From NCBI GenBank assembly GCA_965644295.1, contig CBFFRP010000255.1, forward strand, positions 62,001 through 126,000: a stretch of 64,000 nt of DNA. The letters are read 5' to 3'. The position numbers and the translations under genes are program-made. The notes beneath the pieces were generated by a model. It was not told the origin of the DNA. It saw only the letters and a list, made by a program, of their open reading frames with translations, and did not search any database. Positions 37,351 through 51,356 of the stretch are shown piece by piece. This stretch comes from Paraphysomonas bandaiensis (lineage: Eukaryota > Protista > Chrysophyceae). Numbering within the stretch: position 1 is the first letter of the stretch; each line of letters begins with the position of its first letter.

Positions 37351-39636
37351 TCATAGTGATGATATCTTAGCAATATCATTTCGTTTAGTTTTCAGATCAG
37401 ATAGATTCATTTCCAATGAAAAAAACGTAGGAATATCAGTCCTACCTTTCTCTTTAAGCGAGTCAATTTGCTTTTGCACACGTATTATTCCGTCATCTAA
37501 GCGTTTGACCACACTCTCTATAGATGAGGCCGCCGTTCTCGTCGAGTTAGATATCATTCCGCAGAGTTCACCGAACCGAAGACTCTGCAAGGTCTCATCA
37601 CCGTGTACCTTATCATCTGATCTACATGTTACAATAACGCCCGTTCGACTATTACCACCAAAGGCCGCCTTAAGCATAGTAGTTAACAGAGACTCGTAGT
37701 ACGGTACATGATATTCGGAATGAGACAAGCGGCTGATTACTTTTCCCAAGACCAGCAGTGAGGAGTTGATAGCACGTGCCTCTCTCAACTGTGCACCTTG
37801 TGCCTTGCTTTTTTTAACACGTTCGCTTCCCGCCAAGTCTACCAGGTATAGGTGCGACTTTACCTGCGTATGTGTGTTGGCGGAGTACTGTGCGAGATGC
37901 AAAACTATTGCTGTATGAGATCGTGAGGAGTGGTCGTTCATCGCAGTAGCGGCAAAATGCTTCCTCGCATTTCCTGTTTGAAGCGCAGTAGCGGCATCTG
38001 TCATACACTCAATAGGGACCTCAACGGCACCATGTAGCTCTCCCGTTGCCCTCCGAACACTGACACGATTACCTGTCATAAGGTCTGTAGCACGCTCGTT
38101 GTATATTTCCACAAACTGTAAAGTCACCCGAAGTGCTACTTCACCACGTCGCTCAAATATTTTCTTCGCACGGAGTACCTCCGCAAATGCGCGATGTACC
38201 ACTCCTGCCCCAGAATCGCTGCGACAAATATCCTCAAGACTATCTATATCATCCTTTCCCTCTTGGAACAAATTTGGGATACTTCCATAGTCCTTTCCAA
38301 ACATCGTGTGTGTCTTACCAGATCCCGTCTGCCCATAACAGAGAAGACACCCGTTCATCCCATTCAGTGCAGATACGACGATATCTCTCGCACTTTTATC
38401 ATATACACGGGCCTGGCCGTCTCGATCAGGAAACACCTTGTTAAAGTGGAATGGGCGGATTCCTGACCCAGGAACGCTCATTGTAACTGTCGCTTTTTCA
38501 CGACTTACACTGATTATACGAGCGCTCTCAGCCTTTGACTGTCTCCAGCGGGGCGCAAGTTCATCTGAAGAATCAGCAGTCTCACCACCACTCTGCTGCG
38601 ATTCCATCTCTTCACTCGAATCATTTGCTTCCCTCTCGTCAACTTCTCCCCGCACCTCTTCAATAATATCCTCTTCACCGAATTCCAACTCCTCCTCTTC
38701 CGGTTGCACCTCGTCTACAGCAACCACACCTTGAACAACAGGAGTAATATCCTGTCCTGTGCGCGCACGGTACTCCCTCTCGTGAACATCTAGCTGGGCC
38801 CTACGTGAAACACACTGCAGCTGTTCTGCTGCCACTAGCGCTTCAAGCAGCCGAGGATCTACGTCATCAACGAGGCCCATAACGTCCTCTGCTTCTACTC
38901 CAATGTCCACATTTTTCTGTCGTTTTCGGAATACAGCTATTTCCTGTGCGAGATCCGGAAGTGGAATTAGAGACTCCATTGTAAGTTTAGCCCCGCTGAA
39001 TGGATCCTTGCCTCCGCGCAAGACACAGGAGATTGCTACAGACCTGTCAAGAACTCGCTGAGAGTCAGGAAGCATTACTGGATCTTGCATCAAGGTTCCA
39101 AGCAAGCCATCCACATAGTTCTCAGGTGCATTTTCCCCTACAAAAATTCGGTCTTTCTGGCCGCTCTTTTGTTGCGACCGTACTTTTAAAAATTGATGGA
39201 GGGGAAGAGCAAATTTCTTTTGGCATTTTTCACCGGGACGAAAACGACTGGAAACATGAATTTTGAAATTTTGTTGCGAATTTTCTTCGGCTTGCCATTT
39301 CCGTCTAGAAATCCATAGGCAGTTGAAGAAATATTCTCTGGGACTCAGCAATGGAGATGGAAGGTATAGTCCATACTGACCTGACCAGAATATCAGTTAC
39401 AATACAGAGAGGAGTGAAAGGAAGGACTTACCGGAAAAAGATATGCACATAGCATGCCAATACCCGCAGTCGGTACTACAAGTCTTTATCATCGCTGCAT
39501 ACTCTCTGCTCAGTTCAGATAAATGAGCCAATTCACTGAAAGAGAGAAAAGGAAGAAGATTAGGGTGCAGTAGAACGTTAAGGTGATAGAGCTGGTGGTA
39601 TGCGCTTTGATTAGTTTCGCCTTCCATAAGGTCCAT
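37351..39636 (-). CDS. Kinesin with F-box-like N-terminus and U-box insertion
   Basis: Motor motifs YGQTGSGKT, NDHSSRSH, DLAGSE, HVPYYESLLT; U-box LMQDPVMLP...DRS....DPFS...L.P; exon 1 39432-39636, intron ~39380-39431. Confidence 0.9.
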
Positions 39637-40186
39637 GATCGAATGCTCCGTTATTCACTCCTGTACTATAAAGTAAGAGCTGTTCAACCTTAATACTCAA
39701 CCCTCATCCAGTACCCTCATAGCACAGTGAACCCGAGAAGAGAACTACAACTGTACACTGCTGTATACTCTACACAGAGCGCATCATCCCATAAGAAAAA
39801 AACTTTAGTAGAATACATGCGACTACGGTAGAAGTTTATGGATAGTTTCGAATAGGAATAACGACTATGGAATTATGGGGAAAATTCACCGAAAAACTGA
39901 AACCATTTCTACTACACAAGATACTTAACTGCTGCTAGTGATAACAGAATATTGCCACCTGGCTTCAACAGAAGGCCACGTCATCAGAGATTCAGCTATA
40001 GATCCCAAGATACGGTGAACTACAGTCGAAGTTAGGTGAGGGAATATGATGATCCACATCACAACAGTAACATACATCACTGATAGGAGAGATAAGGAAC
40101 ACATTGGAGGGTTATTACAGTCACAGTTATTGTGGGAGTCAGATCTGATTTCTATTATCTTTGTGGGTTACTAATTGTCAGCTGTC

Positions 40187-40909
40187 ATGCTTCGGTTTAA
40201 TAAAAAGGCTCAAGCAACATGCAGCGCAGCCAAAGGTCTCGTGGACCCCTCTCGTATGACAATACCCATAAAATCAAAGAAATCTGTCCGGTTCTCTGAT
40301 ATATGTAAGGTGGTTCTCATCCCGATGAGACAGGAGTACTCTGCGGCGGGTCTATCGCGTCACTTATGGTGGACGCGGAAGGATTTTTTAGCCTTCAGAC
40401 AGAAAGGCTCTATCTGTGACGATAAGGACTCCAAGCCCCCTTCACCTGCTCATATGACGGACGTACCTCCACAGTCAAGAGTACCGACTCTTTCCTCTCA
40501 ATTGGATAGGATTCTTATTGTTAGTGACAGTGCTGACATGCGGAAGTCTCTGGTATCCAAGCTCTCCACTATCGTTCCGAAATCGGCGAATTTCGTATCA
40601 TGCTGTCACAGCGAAGTTGCAAGTATGCATGCAGGTAACCACTCCTATAGTGCTGTCGTTGTTGATGGCACCCAGAAAATCGTGGACGACACAACCCTTG
40701 CCCCTCCAGCGTGTGTTGTCACTGCGCACTTAGCGCGCGCCCTTTCTCCAAACACTAAAATCACGGTCTTTGTTGAAGACGAAAGTGTTTCGAAAGGTCC
40801 CATTGCCGCTCTGTGCGCAGAGGGCAATGTTGCTCTCTCTGATATGATGGTACTGACTTTGGACTGTTGGAGAGAGTTTCAATCCCTTGTGAATAGAGCT
40901 GGTACATAG
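40187..40909 (+). CDS. Hypothetical protein with RVxF-like motif and receiver-like C-terminal domain
   Basis: 240-aa ORF; KKSVRF..KVVLIP..EY....LWW; C-terminal RILIVSDS..R..L...YSAVVVDG...KITVFV. Confidence 0.7.
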   Translation: MLRFNKKAQATCSAAKGLVDPSRMTIPIKSKKSVRFSDICKVVLIPMRQEYSAAGLSRHLWWTRKDFLAFRQKGSICDDKDSKPPSPAHMTDVPPQSRVPTLSSQLDRILIVSDSADMRKSLVSKLSTIVPKSANFVSCCHSEVASMHAGNHSYSAVVVDGTQKIVDDTTLAPPACVVTAHLARALSPNTKITVFVEDESVSKGPIAALCAEGNVALSDMMVLTLDCWREFQSLVNRAGT

Positions 40910-41468
40910 GATGTATGTAAGATGATTTACTGGGTATTTGATGAATATTATTGACAGTTGCAATTATTGTTGTCACTCATACGCAACGACTATATTTTTC
41001 TATTTCATCGATTAGGGAGTTTAATTCTATACGAGACTGTGATGGCAGTTGTTGAGGTTACGTTTCTTCTTACAGAAGATGGTGTTTATGCGTACCTCTG
41101 TTTGCAATGTATAAATTAGTAGTGGCTTACGATCATAGTAGTATGCCTTGTATTTCTTTGAATTCTCCCTGTAACTAACTATTTTAACCTGATTTAAACG
41201 TACGCATCTGTGTAATATCTTAATACACGGTATTTATGTATCAATTTATTAGTTACTTTGCAAGGTTTCGGGGCAGTACTCTCCACTGGTGAGTATATGC
41301 AAATGCGCAAAAAGCTGGCTTGATGATGGAGGGCTATGGCCGGTTAATGGATAACGATCGAGAGCTGTTCGGTCTCAAGGACACTTTGTTATTAATAACT
41401 GCAGTTGGCAACATCTACTGAATACGTATCTACAATCTACGTGCCATCTTATCGGGCAATTATAAACT

Positions 41469-44031
41469 CTACGTCGCAGAACGCTTTATGCGCATAATAT
41501 TAGCACGCGCCTTCGCTATCTCCTTTTTTAAAGCATATCTACAATATTTCAGTAATGCACAAATCTCCGCATATGACCTTATCTAAGTCACCTATTTGCT
41601 TCCGACAGCGATTCCTGCTCCAGGCGTCTCTCAATATTAGCGATATGTACTTGAAGTTCCTGCATTTTTATTTGATCACAAGAAAGTCCACCGCTATCAT
41701 GTTGTTGAGCCTTATCACTATCCGATATGGCAGTACTACCGCTCTTGAACACTGTTTCTGGCATTTTGCTGCGTAGAGCCTGTACATAAATATGACCACA
41801 AATGACAGAAAATCAACAATACATACCGCAAGTATAGCATCAGTGCCTTTCTGAAGCGTCGCTTGCCGCACGGTTCGTTGAGGATTGCCATGAAGGGTTA
41901 GCGTAGTTAGGCACTGCAACCGACAAAGCTCCAGTGGAACCGCATCAATCTCATTGTTCTCGAGGAGCAGACTGCGCAATGCGGAGGCGTCGTATATGCA
42001 CCCCAATGACGTCAAACGATTGTTACTAAGGTCAACCACCTCAAGGTGGTTTAATCGGGAAAAATCTATATTTGTCAAGCTCGTCAGTCGATTGAACGCT
42101 AGATGAAGCTCGCGAAGTCCGTTGTGCAGAGAGATACTAGTCGGACCGGTGGCTATGCTGTTTCTAGAAGCATCCAGACGTAGAAGAGAAAAACCTCGTA
42201 CAGAGTGGGAAGTAAATGATGTGAGGATACGTTCGAGATGATCCGTGGAAAGAGAATTACTCGACACGCTGAGATCTTTAAGGTTAGGAGGAACAGACGA
42301 TGGGCGGGTGCAGTTATCTTCATCGCCGAAGCAAAAGAAGTCAACAGCAGGACAGTCCCCCAGTCTATTGTTAGAGATGTTCAGGGAGGTAAGTGACGGC
42401 AACGAATGATGAATTATATCTCCCGGTATACATCGGAACTCGTTTTTAGACAAGTTAATGCTCGCTACAGGCACAGAAACTTCCATTGAATCTATGTTTC
42501 GTGCACGTTCAACCTGTATAACATGCATCTTTAGGAAAACGAAACACAAAGAAAATACACTACCATTGGTATCCACCCTGACGGCATCGTGCTGATCCGC
42601 AGTCCTGATAGGTCAAGAACACCTCCACTAATTAAACCTGTGAGCAGTTTTATTGCTAAAAAGCAATACTTACCCAATATCTCGTAGTCGTGCCACCACC
42701 TCTGGCGTGGCTCCTTTACTATCTAGCCCCTCATTACCCATTTCATCACCACATGTTCCTCCAACACCAGACAAAGGCGGCCCCCTAGTACGTAAGTACT
42801 TCTTCAAATCAGCAGTAGATTGCGAGAGAAGGGTGCGACGGATAGAGCGTATCGGGTTACCTTCTACTGCTACCCTTAAAAGACAAAATCATAGTAGATA
42901 TAGTTATTATCATATACTTACCGCTGCAACGACTCCATGTAACCAATCGTTGCGGGGAGGTCGCCAATATCATTATTAGCAATATCTAACACTTTCAGAG
43001 AGGACATCTTGGCTACCTCGTCTGGGAGGTTAGATAGCTTATTGTCGTGCAAATGAAGCTCGAAAAGAGATCCCGAACACTTATCCAAGGAGTGCATATC
43101 TATCACCCGAATAGAATTACAGTCCAGGTGTAGTCTACCTAGCTGACCATTTTTAGGAAGGACAGGCATCTTCACAAACAAAATCCGCAGAAAAAATAAG
43201 GCGACCAGAACTGATATGACTATATACATACCTCCACCAAGGCGTTTTCTCCTGCATCCAACAACTGCAACGCACACATCCCTGAGAGGTCCGGAAGTGT
43301 GCTGATTCTATTCTTCCGCACATCTAACATTGTCAGTCTCGTAAGGCTGCCCCCAAGAGAGGCTGGAAGCTCAATAAGTTTATTATTCTTGAGTGAGATG
43401 CGAACCAAGCCACGTAAATTACAGATATCATGTGGAACGTGAGACAGAAAATTCGAATTCAAGTCAAGCACCTTGAGGTCCCTGGAATCACTTAAAAAGC
43501 TCGGGTAGTCTGTAAGTTTATTTTCACCTAATAAACATTCCTGAAGATCAGAAAGAGAAGAAGTCATATGCTCTGATACGCATATTTCGTTGGAGGACAA
43601 GTCCAGGTGCTTCAGCATACGACAAGCACACAACACCGAAGGCAGTGTAGAAATGCGATTTCCACGCATTTGCAAAGACACCAAATCTTGTAAATTGGAT
43701 ATATCAGGTGGAATTTCTTGTATTCGATTGTGGCTTAGATCTGTAAATCAAAGAGTGTAAACATATCATACATTTGACAGTCAGCAGAGATGCAAATACG
43801 TCGCCCATCATACTCACCTAATTTCATCAATGGAGACATTTCCCAAAACTTTTCACCTTCCTCAGCATGAGATTCCAAATTAAAAATTTCATGTGGGATA
43901 GTCTGAATGCCCTTAGACGATAGGATGAGAGCCCCGGTCTCTCGTGCGGCTCTGTATAGAGTGGAGAGGGATTTGGAGGAGCTACTGGCTTGACGGTTTT
44001 GAAAGAATGCCTCGTTCCGCTTTCCTTTCAT
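41469..44031 (-). CDS. Leucine-rich repeat protein, LRRC40-like
   Basis: N-terminus LYRAARETGALILS...KFWEMSPLMKLDLSHN resembles LRRC40; many LxxLxLxxN repeats and two GNP.R.(I/V)R LRR caps; multi-exon. Confidence 0.85.
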
Positions 44032-44513
44032 ACTACTTTCACTAACTTTTTCTTCTGCTGTTTGTGTCTGGTGCTTGTATACACTGACAGCTTTTGTGTA
44101 GTGGTCTTCCAAATATGGCTATCTGTGTTAGAGTCTAGTCCCCTAACAGCTCCATCTATTCAAAAACAACTACACCACCACTATACACTGTACCGTGTAG
44201 CAATGTATTGTATACTGCTGTATATATCTATATGCGTATTTGGTATCCGTATTCTGTATGCAGTGGTGTATTGTGCCCGTTGTTACACTCTCAGTCCGGT
44301 GAGTGAACTTCTACTTCCTTCTGGGCTAGTGCGTCCTTTCCGCTACAGTCTCACTACCATATCGCTGCTCTGGTATATGAAGTCACTGAGCGTGGTTGTA
44401 TTTCACGCCTGTATGTCTGTATGTGCTGTCATCATAAGGGTGGTATGACTGTATATAGCCACACATAACACCCTCATACATATATACATACACACATAGC
44501 TGTGTGTGGAATT

Positions 44514-46472
44514 ATGCCCCGAAGAAAACCCGTGAAGAAATATTCCGAAATATTGAAGTCTTATGACACCTTTGAGACCAGATATAACCATGCAGACGGA
44601 TCAACGTATCTGTTTAATCCCCTCACAGGTGAAACTGCCACCCCTGATGAGTATGGCTACATCAACAGGAAGTTCTCTCTGTGGGCTCCTGTAGAAAAAC
44701 GCCCCTCCACTTTTGTGGACTGTATATCACTTCTTCCAGAATTTTACGCATCTCGTCAATGGGGAAGAAGGAAATATGTGCCGTTCCACGACGAGGACTT
44801 CGCTGCCACTCTCATAACTAGTGCTGCTCGTGGTTACATTGCCCGCAAGGCTTTGCGAGCGTATTATAAGGACCGCTACAGCAAAGTGATGGACATGAAT
44901 TCTGGATATTACTACTTTCAAGACAACTATTTTAACGACGTAGAGCCAATGTGGTACAAGCCTTTTCTTGCCTTTCCGGACGATGTAGAAGTATACGAGT
45001 ACACCCCAGACGATCCACAAGATTTTATGAAAGGGAAAGGTAATAAGTATACGTACAAAGGATTTATTACTGGGCCGTATGTACGTCGACAGCTTGGGGG
45101 CGTTGGTAAAAAGAACACTACCCGCGCAGAAAACGGACACTTTGTCTTCACTAATCCATTGCGACCTGATGCGATAGTGTTTCCTGAAGAGGTCGACTTG
45201 GAGAGCACCCCACTAGGATCTCTAATCAACCTCATGGACGGGCTCGCGCCGAAGCAAGTTCTTATTACCGACTATGTGGCGATGCGCCGAGCTGTTTGCT
45301 TTGACAACTGTGACTATATCGTGCACCTGATGGAAGAGCATATGGATCGCCCACTTATGCAGGCCTACGGATTTCACGCAATTTCGAAAATCATTGTGCC
45401 TACTGATGAGGCTGGAAATCTCTCGTACAGTGGTAGGAAGGCGCATCGGAGATGCTTTGATGTTATTGTAGACTCGCACCGAGAGTACTCCTATACTCTC
45501 AAGATATTTGCTTTGAGGGCTCTTCATAACATTCTCAACTCCCCGGCCGGTCGAGCCGAATTCTTTGATACAAGCAGTGATCCACAGGGGCTGGGGGCGC
45601 TAGAGGGACCTGCCGGTAAAATTATACTCAGTCGCATGCGAACTCTGTGCAGGTTTGTGAATGCCTTATTTTGCTATGAAATTGTGACGGCTGTTGTTGT
45701 GTTGGTGTTGCTAGGCTCTTGGAAAACTTGCCACTGAATGTGACGACAATAAAGATTAGAGACGGTCGTCAGTTACAGACAACAGTTATTGAAACAGTGA
45801 CAGAGGAAGCTTCCCAGGCAGCAGAATTTATGCTTCAGGTTTTTAAACTTAATGTCTACTGTTTTGCTTCTGACCATGCTTTAGTGTATATCGTTACTAT
45901 CCTGGAATCAGGATATGAGGGAAATAGTCGGAGAGGTTTTTCTGGAGTCTGTACTCATAGGAATGCAGGTTTGTATATTAGCGAATTATATTTTCCCGGC
46001 ATAAGTCAATTATGTAGACATGTCACGAAGAGGCAGGACCTGTGGCTGCTGGGTTTAAAGCCTTGTATAATTTTGTATACAGGTAATAAATGCTAAGCAG
46101 TGTTGATATTTTTGACACCGTGGCAGATGTGAAGTCAATCACCAACTAGTGAATAACTTTGATATCGATCATATAATATCCAATGCACGGAACAACTTTC
46201 CGGGGGATGCTACTATATCAATGGCATGCCGTAAACTGGAACTAGCCTTGTCTCGTGATGGATGGAGAGGCAACGTCGAACGTGTGTTGGAGAGAGAGTA
46301 TGCGGCTAGACTTGATGGTACATACAAAGAGTTATCTGCGGAGGACTCTGTCTCCCTTTTGGATGGTAGTGAAGTGGAAGAAATCCCAGAAAAGAAACCT
46401 CAGAAACGTATCGCGGGAGCTGGAAAGAAGCGACTGAGTCAAATGCTGGGTGAGGATAAAGGTGAGAAATAA
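44514..46472 (+). CDS. WW-like/IQ-motif protein with helical-repeat C-terminus
   Basis: YLFNPLTGET and YYYFQDN...WYKP (WW-like); ITSAARGYIARKALR (IQ); further exons to the stop at 46472. Confidence 0.75.
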
Positions 46473-47505
46473 TAGTGGTTTAGCGCAGTGTGGAATGTGT
46501 TCTTGTATAAAAGTTGTTGCCGTTTAAGCAGTAAAGTGAGAAGTAATTAATAGCTCAAATTTTGTGAGGAATAAATTCTGCAAACACGTATTCACAACGA
46601 ACACATTTCAGTGATAGTTATGGAAATGTCTAGGTAACAGTATTTTACAGTAATACTAATTGCTTCTTACTACTAGTTAAATTTTACTACAAGTCTTTGC
46701 CGATGCAATCGTTTCAATTCAGTGCACTGCACATTATTTTCTTTGTGTTTTGTGTTGTCTACACACAAGAAGAAAATAAAGGGGGTTACCTCCCTTTGTT
46801 TGTTGTCTTATCGTTAAAGTGAAGCAACGAACTGTTTATTCTATGAAATTATAGCTAATATCATTGCCGTTGGGATAAGAAAATAACATAAAATATATGT
46901 GTAATGAGTAATGTGTACTAACATAAAATATTGAAAAATGGATATGCTGAAGAAGTTGTTATGCGTATTATTGATTCGATACAATGCCCAGAGGTTCTTA
47001 GCAGATTAGTAGGATCCCTAAAACGAATTATATTACACACAAAACGAAGCATAAATTACCAAGTCTTGAATATATATGTATAGACACCACTATTTGCACT
47101 GATATTGTTTTCACGTATACTTTCTAATCTTATTAAAGCGCCCAGAGGTGTAACACATAGCACACAGGCCCTAATTGTAAATTGATACAGGTAGATACAT
47201 TGTATCTGTGGACTACACACTATACACAGCAAGAGTATTATAAGTTGCGTACTAGTAGACTGGTGGTGCTCCATGCTCAATCCAACATGTAATGTAAAGT
47301 AGAAATAACAGCAGGTAGTCTAATATTTAAATGAAAAAGTAGTTTCATAATACACAATTTATACAAACGATATATTATATTTAGGAGTATAATTGTAGCT
47401 CACATTACTGCTGATTAGCCACTTGCACAATACCACATTGAATTACTCCAATCACTAACACTTGTAACAAATATTATGACCACATAATCGCCCTTTTCAA
47501 TCGTA

Positions 47506-50500
47506 TTAACTGTCGTCTTTCTCATCTTTCGAATTTAAGGCGGCTAACTCAGCCTCCAAACTTGGAACTCTAAACGACCTACACATATTATCACTACATG
47601 TACAACACATATCGAGACCTTACTTCAATATATGACCACCCTCTTTGCTACCTGGGGGGGCCACCAGTTCGGCCTTCGTCACAGGCGTGTACCTAACAAA
47701 TTCCATTAAAACACTCGTAGAAAATGTAGCAAATATAAGAACCTTGGCGAAAGCATCTCTTGTAACTCTTCGAGGGTTTGCTGCTCCCATGCAGCGCTGT
47801 CCTGGGCGTGATCTACCTGTTGCCAGTTAATTGCACTTGAGAGGGACTCCAGCGATCCTGGGGCATTATTTCCTTCCTCTGTATTTAGTTCGCATGTCAT
47901 ATGCGACGGAGGCACGGGTGCCCATTGAATACTCCGGTCGTCATCTTTTGTCACTGGACCACTACTTGCACCATCGCCATCTTCCTCAGCGATACCGTCC
48001 CTGCGATCGATAGGATAATCATCAACAGCTTCAGCTTTGTCTCCTCTTCTATGCACCGTACTGTTTATCACGCGCACTGTAGAAGTACTACTGGTCAACC
48101 GCCGCTCACCAAAACTGAAGCTACTGCTGCGTTCGGTGGACATGGTCTGCTTCACTGGGCGCTCCGAATCTCTTCGAGCACTATTTGGTTTGCGGGAGTC
48201 GACTCCAATCGCAGAGCGCTTTATTGTCTCCTCTGCCATACGTGCGCTCTGCACTTGACCTCCACCAGAAGACTCACGCAGGACTGACCGTTTCATGCGA
48301 CTATCGAAGTGAGTAGGTGGCAAGCCTATAGTGAAAAGAATACCGTACAGGTAAGTTAGTTAAACGTCACAAGAAATCGGAAAGTATACCAGAATGATTC
48401 TTGCCCTTTGTGGCCTCTACATGAGTGGCGCAGATCTTTCTCGGGATTGCAGCCCCAGAAGCAGGAATACTGGTACTTGTTGCCGCCGTCGTACCGGAGG
48501 GAACAGATGTACCTGCTACCCCACTCACGGCAGTACGCAGCTTTCCTGCCTTCGACCGGTAATTTTCTCCACCTCCCTTTCCCCGGCCATCTTCGCTACC
48601 TGCCGTCGAGCTCCTGTCCGCTACTGCAGTTGCACCCTCTTCAGCATCATATAAGTCCATGGTCGGCTTCTTAGTCTTCCCAGCAAGGCTCCTCGTCGAG
48701 TTGCCACGTTGCATAGACGTCGGCTTGCTATTTTCGCGGGACTGCGCTCCACTGTCACCACGTTCTGTACTCGTATTTTCTGTACTGTGGATTGCTTTAA
48801 TCTCCTTCTCTAACTTCATATCCTCTACAGTCTGCATCTCCAGCGGAACAAAGTTCTTCACAGCTTCCACGAGTCGGGCCTTACTCCTTTCCAAGAGACC
48901 CCTGAATACAGTTTCTTTCTCAAGAATTTCCTCCCTAGTCAACATGGTCTCAATCACTAAGCGAGGATTTTTGCTCTGTTTACGTATTTAATAACGTGGC
49001 GCGAATGACTGAACTACACACCTTGTAGTCCTCTTCCGCCTCCTTCTCAGCTTGTCGCAGAAATTCGTCATCATCCGAAAATGGTTCTTCATCTTCTTCC
49101 ACCTCTTGCTGCTCGGCTGGAGGGACTACCTTAGTTTCGTCTTCTGTGTTACCTTCCTTAGATCCATCAGCCAATGACATCGACCCGTCCTCCCTACTCA
49201 AAGCACAAGCCTATTACAACGTGTCCGAACATTGAATAATATAACACACTACCATGTGTGGAATACATCAGCATCGGCCACTCTGGATCTCTTTTTCTTC
49301 TTCTTATCAGCCCCTGGCACTGGAGGAGCACGTCCGTCAACCGTCATTAAAAGTGGACACTGTACTGCCAGGGCCTGCTCAAACGTGAGTACCTCAGGTT
49401 CTTTCTCCTCACCATCTTCTGTAGTACGTAGTGATGATCCCCCAGCAGACGATTGGTCGTCCAGAGTACCCTTTGGAATGGGATTGCCCGATATGCATAC
49501 ATCTGTCAGCTTCCTAAGCTTGCTGAACATCGATTGATTATAAGATACCAATATTCCAAAATTGAAGCATAGCAGGAAGTAACACTAAATCACACACCTG
49601 AATTGAGCCAATAGAAATGCCTCTGAGTCAGAAACATCGTTGTTGCTAATATCCAGCGTGTCCAGGTTCTACATCAAAGTGATTATTGTAAAATGCATGG
49701 CAGACACGTTTCACACCGTTCCATATGAATCAAAACCCTTCAAGGTTTTGATATTGTTATCAGCTAAATAGAGCTCCGCCAGGCACTGTAGACCAACCAC
49801 TTCTTTGCCCGTAGTTTTGGTCGAAGAGCTAGCAGCACTCAAGGACTTATCCTCACCCCCGGCCGAAGCAGATGACTTCTTCCTCGACATTGGTTGCTTC
49901 CCTCTTTTAGACCCAGATACGGTGCCAGTTTGGTTACTCGCAGACCTGGCAGACCCGGCGACAGACCCTACCCCGGAAGGGTCACTCTTGGATTCAGTTC
50001 GTGTACTGCTCCCACCACCTGCCGGGTCCAGTTCCTTGTTGAGGTGAGAAAAATAGGTCTGGGGTATATGGATGCTTCCAATTGCATTGTGCTCTGGAAA
50101 AGCATATATATTAGTCGACTCCGTAGAGCAAACAGAGTACTCTACCTGCATGTAACACCTCCACTGTAGGAAGAAGCTGCAAGCCATGTAAATCTTTCAT
50201 ATAATTATACGATACATCCAACTCAGTTAATGACGGAAGCGCTCTGAGGTGTTTTAGGCTGGTTAGATTGTTATGGCTCACTGACAACTCTTGTAGGTTT
50301 TGCAATCCCGCAATACCCTGTAAAGAACATCACAATTTTCTAGTTGAACATATCTAGAGTCTACCTCCAGTGACGTAAGTTTGTTCCATGATATATTGAG
50401 TGTTCTCAAGTTCGAGCAGATGCTAAGGTTTTCAACGGATGTTAATTGGTTGCGATCCAACCTCAACACCCGCAATTTATTGAACGAATTGCCGTGGGGG

Positions 50501-50956
50501 ATAGACGAGATTCCGTTCTGTTGCAGCATAAGAGCCTCCATTCGTTTAATCCTGAATTTCACAGCTCTGACAGAGTTCCAATAGAAACATCCGCTTACCC
50601 GCATAAGCATTCAATATCAGTAATTCGGCAGCAATAGGCAGATAGATGGCGAATCTGATTAAGCTGTTCAATCCTATTCAGGGAAGAGATCGGATTGAAG
50701 GATACGTCTACTTTTCTGAGGGATAAACTAAACACAATCTATGTTAGAGCGGCGACATCTAGAGGGCATGAACCTACACTTCCGACAGGTCCCCTATGGC
50801 AGTGATGCCCTGTTCCTGACAAAACACTTCCGACGGAGTTTCCTTCTCAGTAGATTGAAGCTATGGATATAAGGTTATGTATATATCGATAGTCATGTAT
50901 ATCGCAATAGCACACACCACATATGCTGAGTCCAGTGTGATTCCAGCCTCCGACAT
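47506..50956 (-). CDS. SDS22-like leucine-rich repeat protein with long low-complexity C-terminus
   Basis: LRVLRLDRNQLTSVENL, LQELSVSHNNL, LYLADNNI, ISGNP..., LMTVDG cap; many short exons. Confidence 0.8.
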
Positions 50957-51356
50957 GCAATAAAACAGATGTGGAACTACTCTATTATTCTAGTGGATGA
51001 TCTGAGAACACTGCTAATGATCGAGTACTTATATTTGAAATACCAGGTGCGACCTCCTCTGTTTCAATACACTCCTGTGTATATAAGCACAGAGATACGG
51101 AGTGATGGAACAGGAAGATGATGATATGGAAATACAGGTAGACTTTTCTTCGTATTTTTCGAATGAAGTATAAAAACAACCGTCATAAACCAGAAACCCC
51201 ACATTATATGTCATACTCTACTATAAAATGTCTGATTTTTAAGGCTGAAAAGAGTGACTTGCTGAAGTAAGTTTAAGTTGTGAGTAGTAACTATTTTAAT
51301 CATCAGCATCAGAAGACCTCTTATGGATTACGTATAGAATCAACGCGGTGCGTAGA

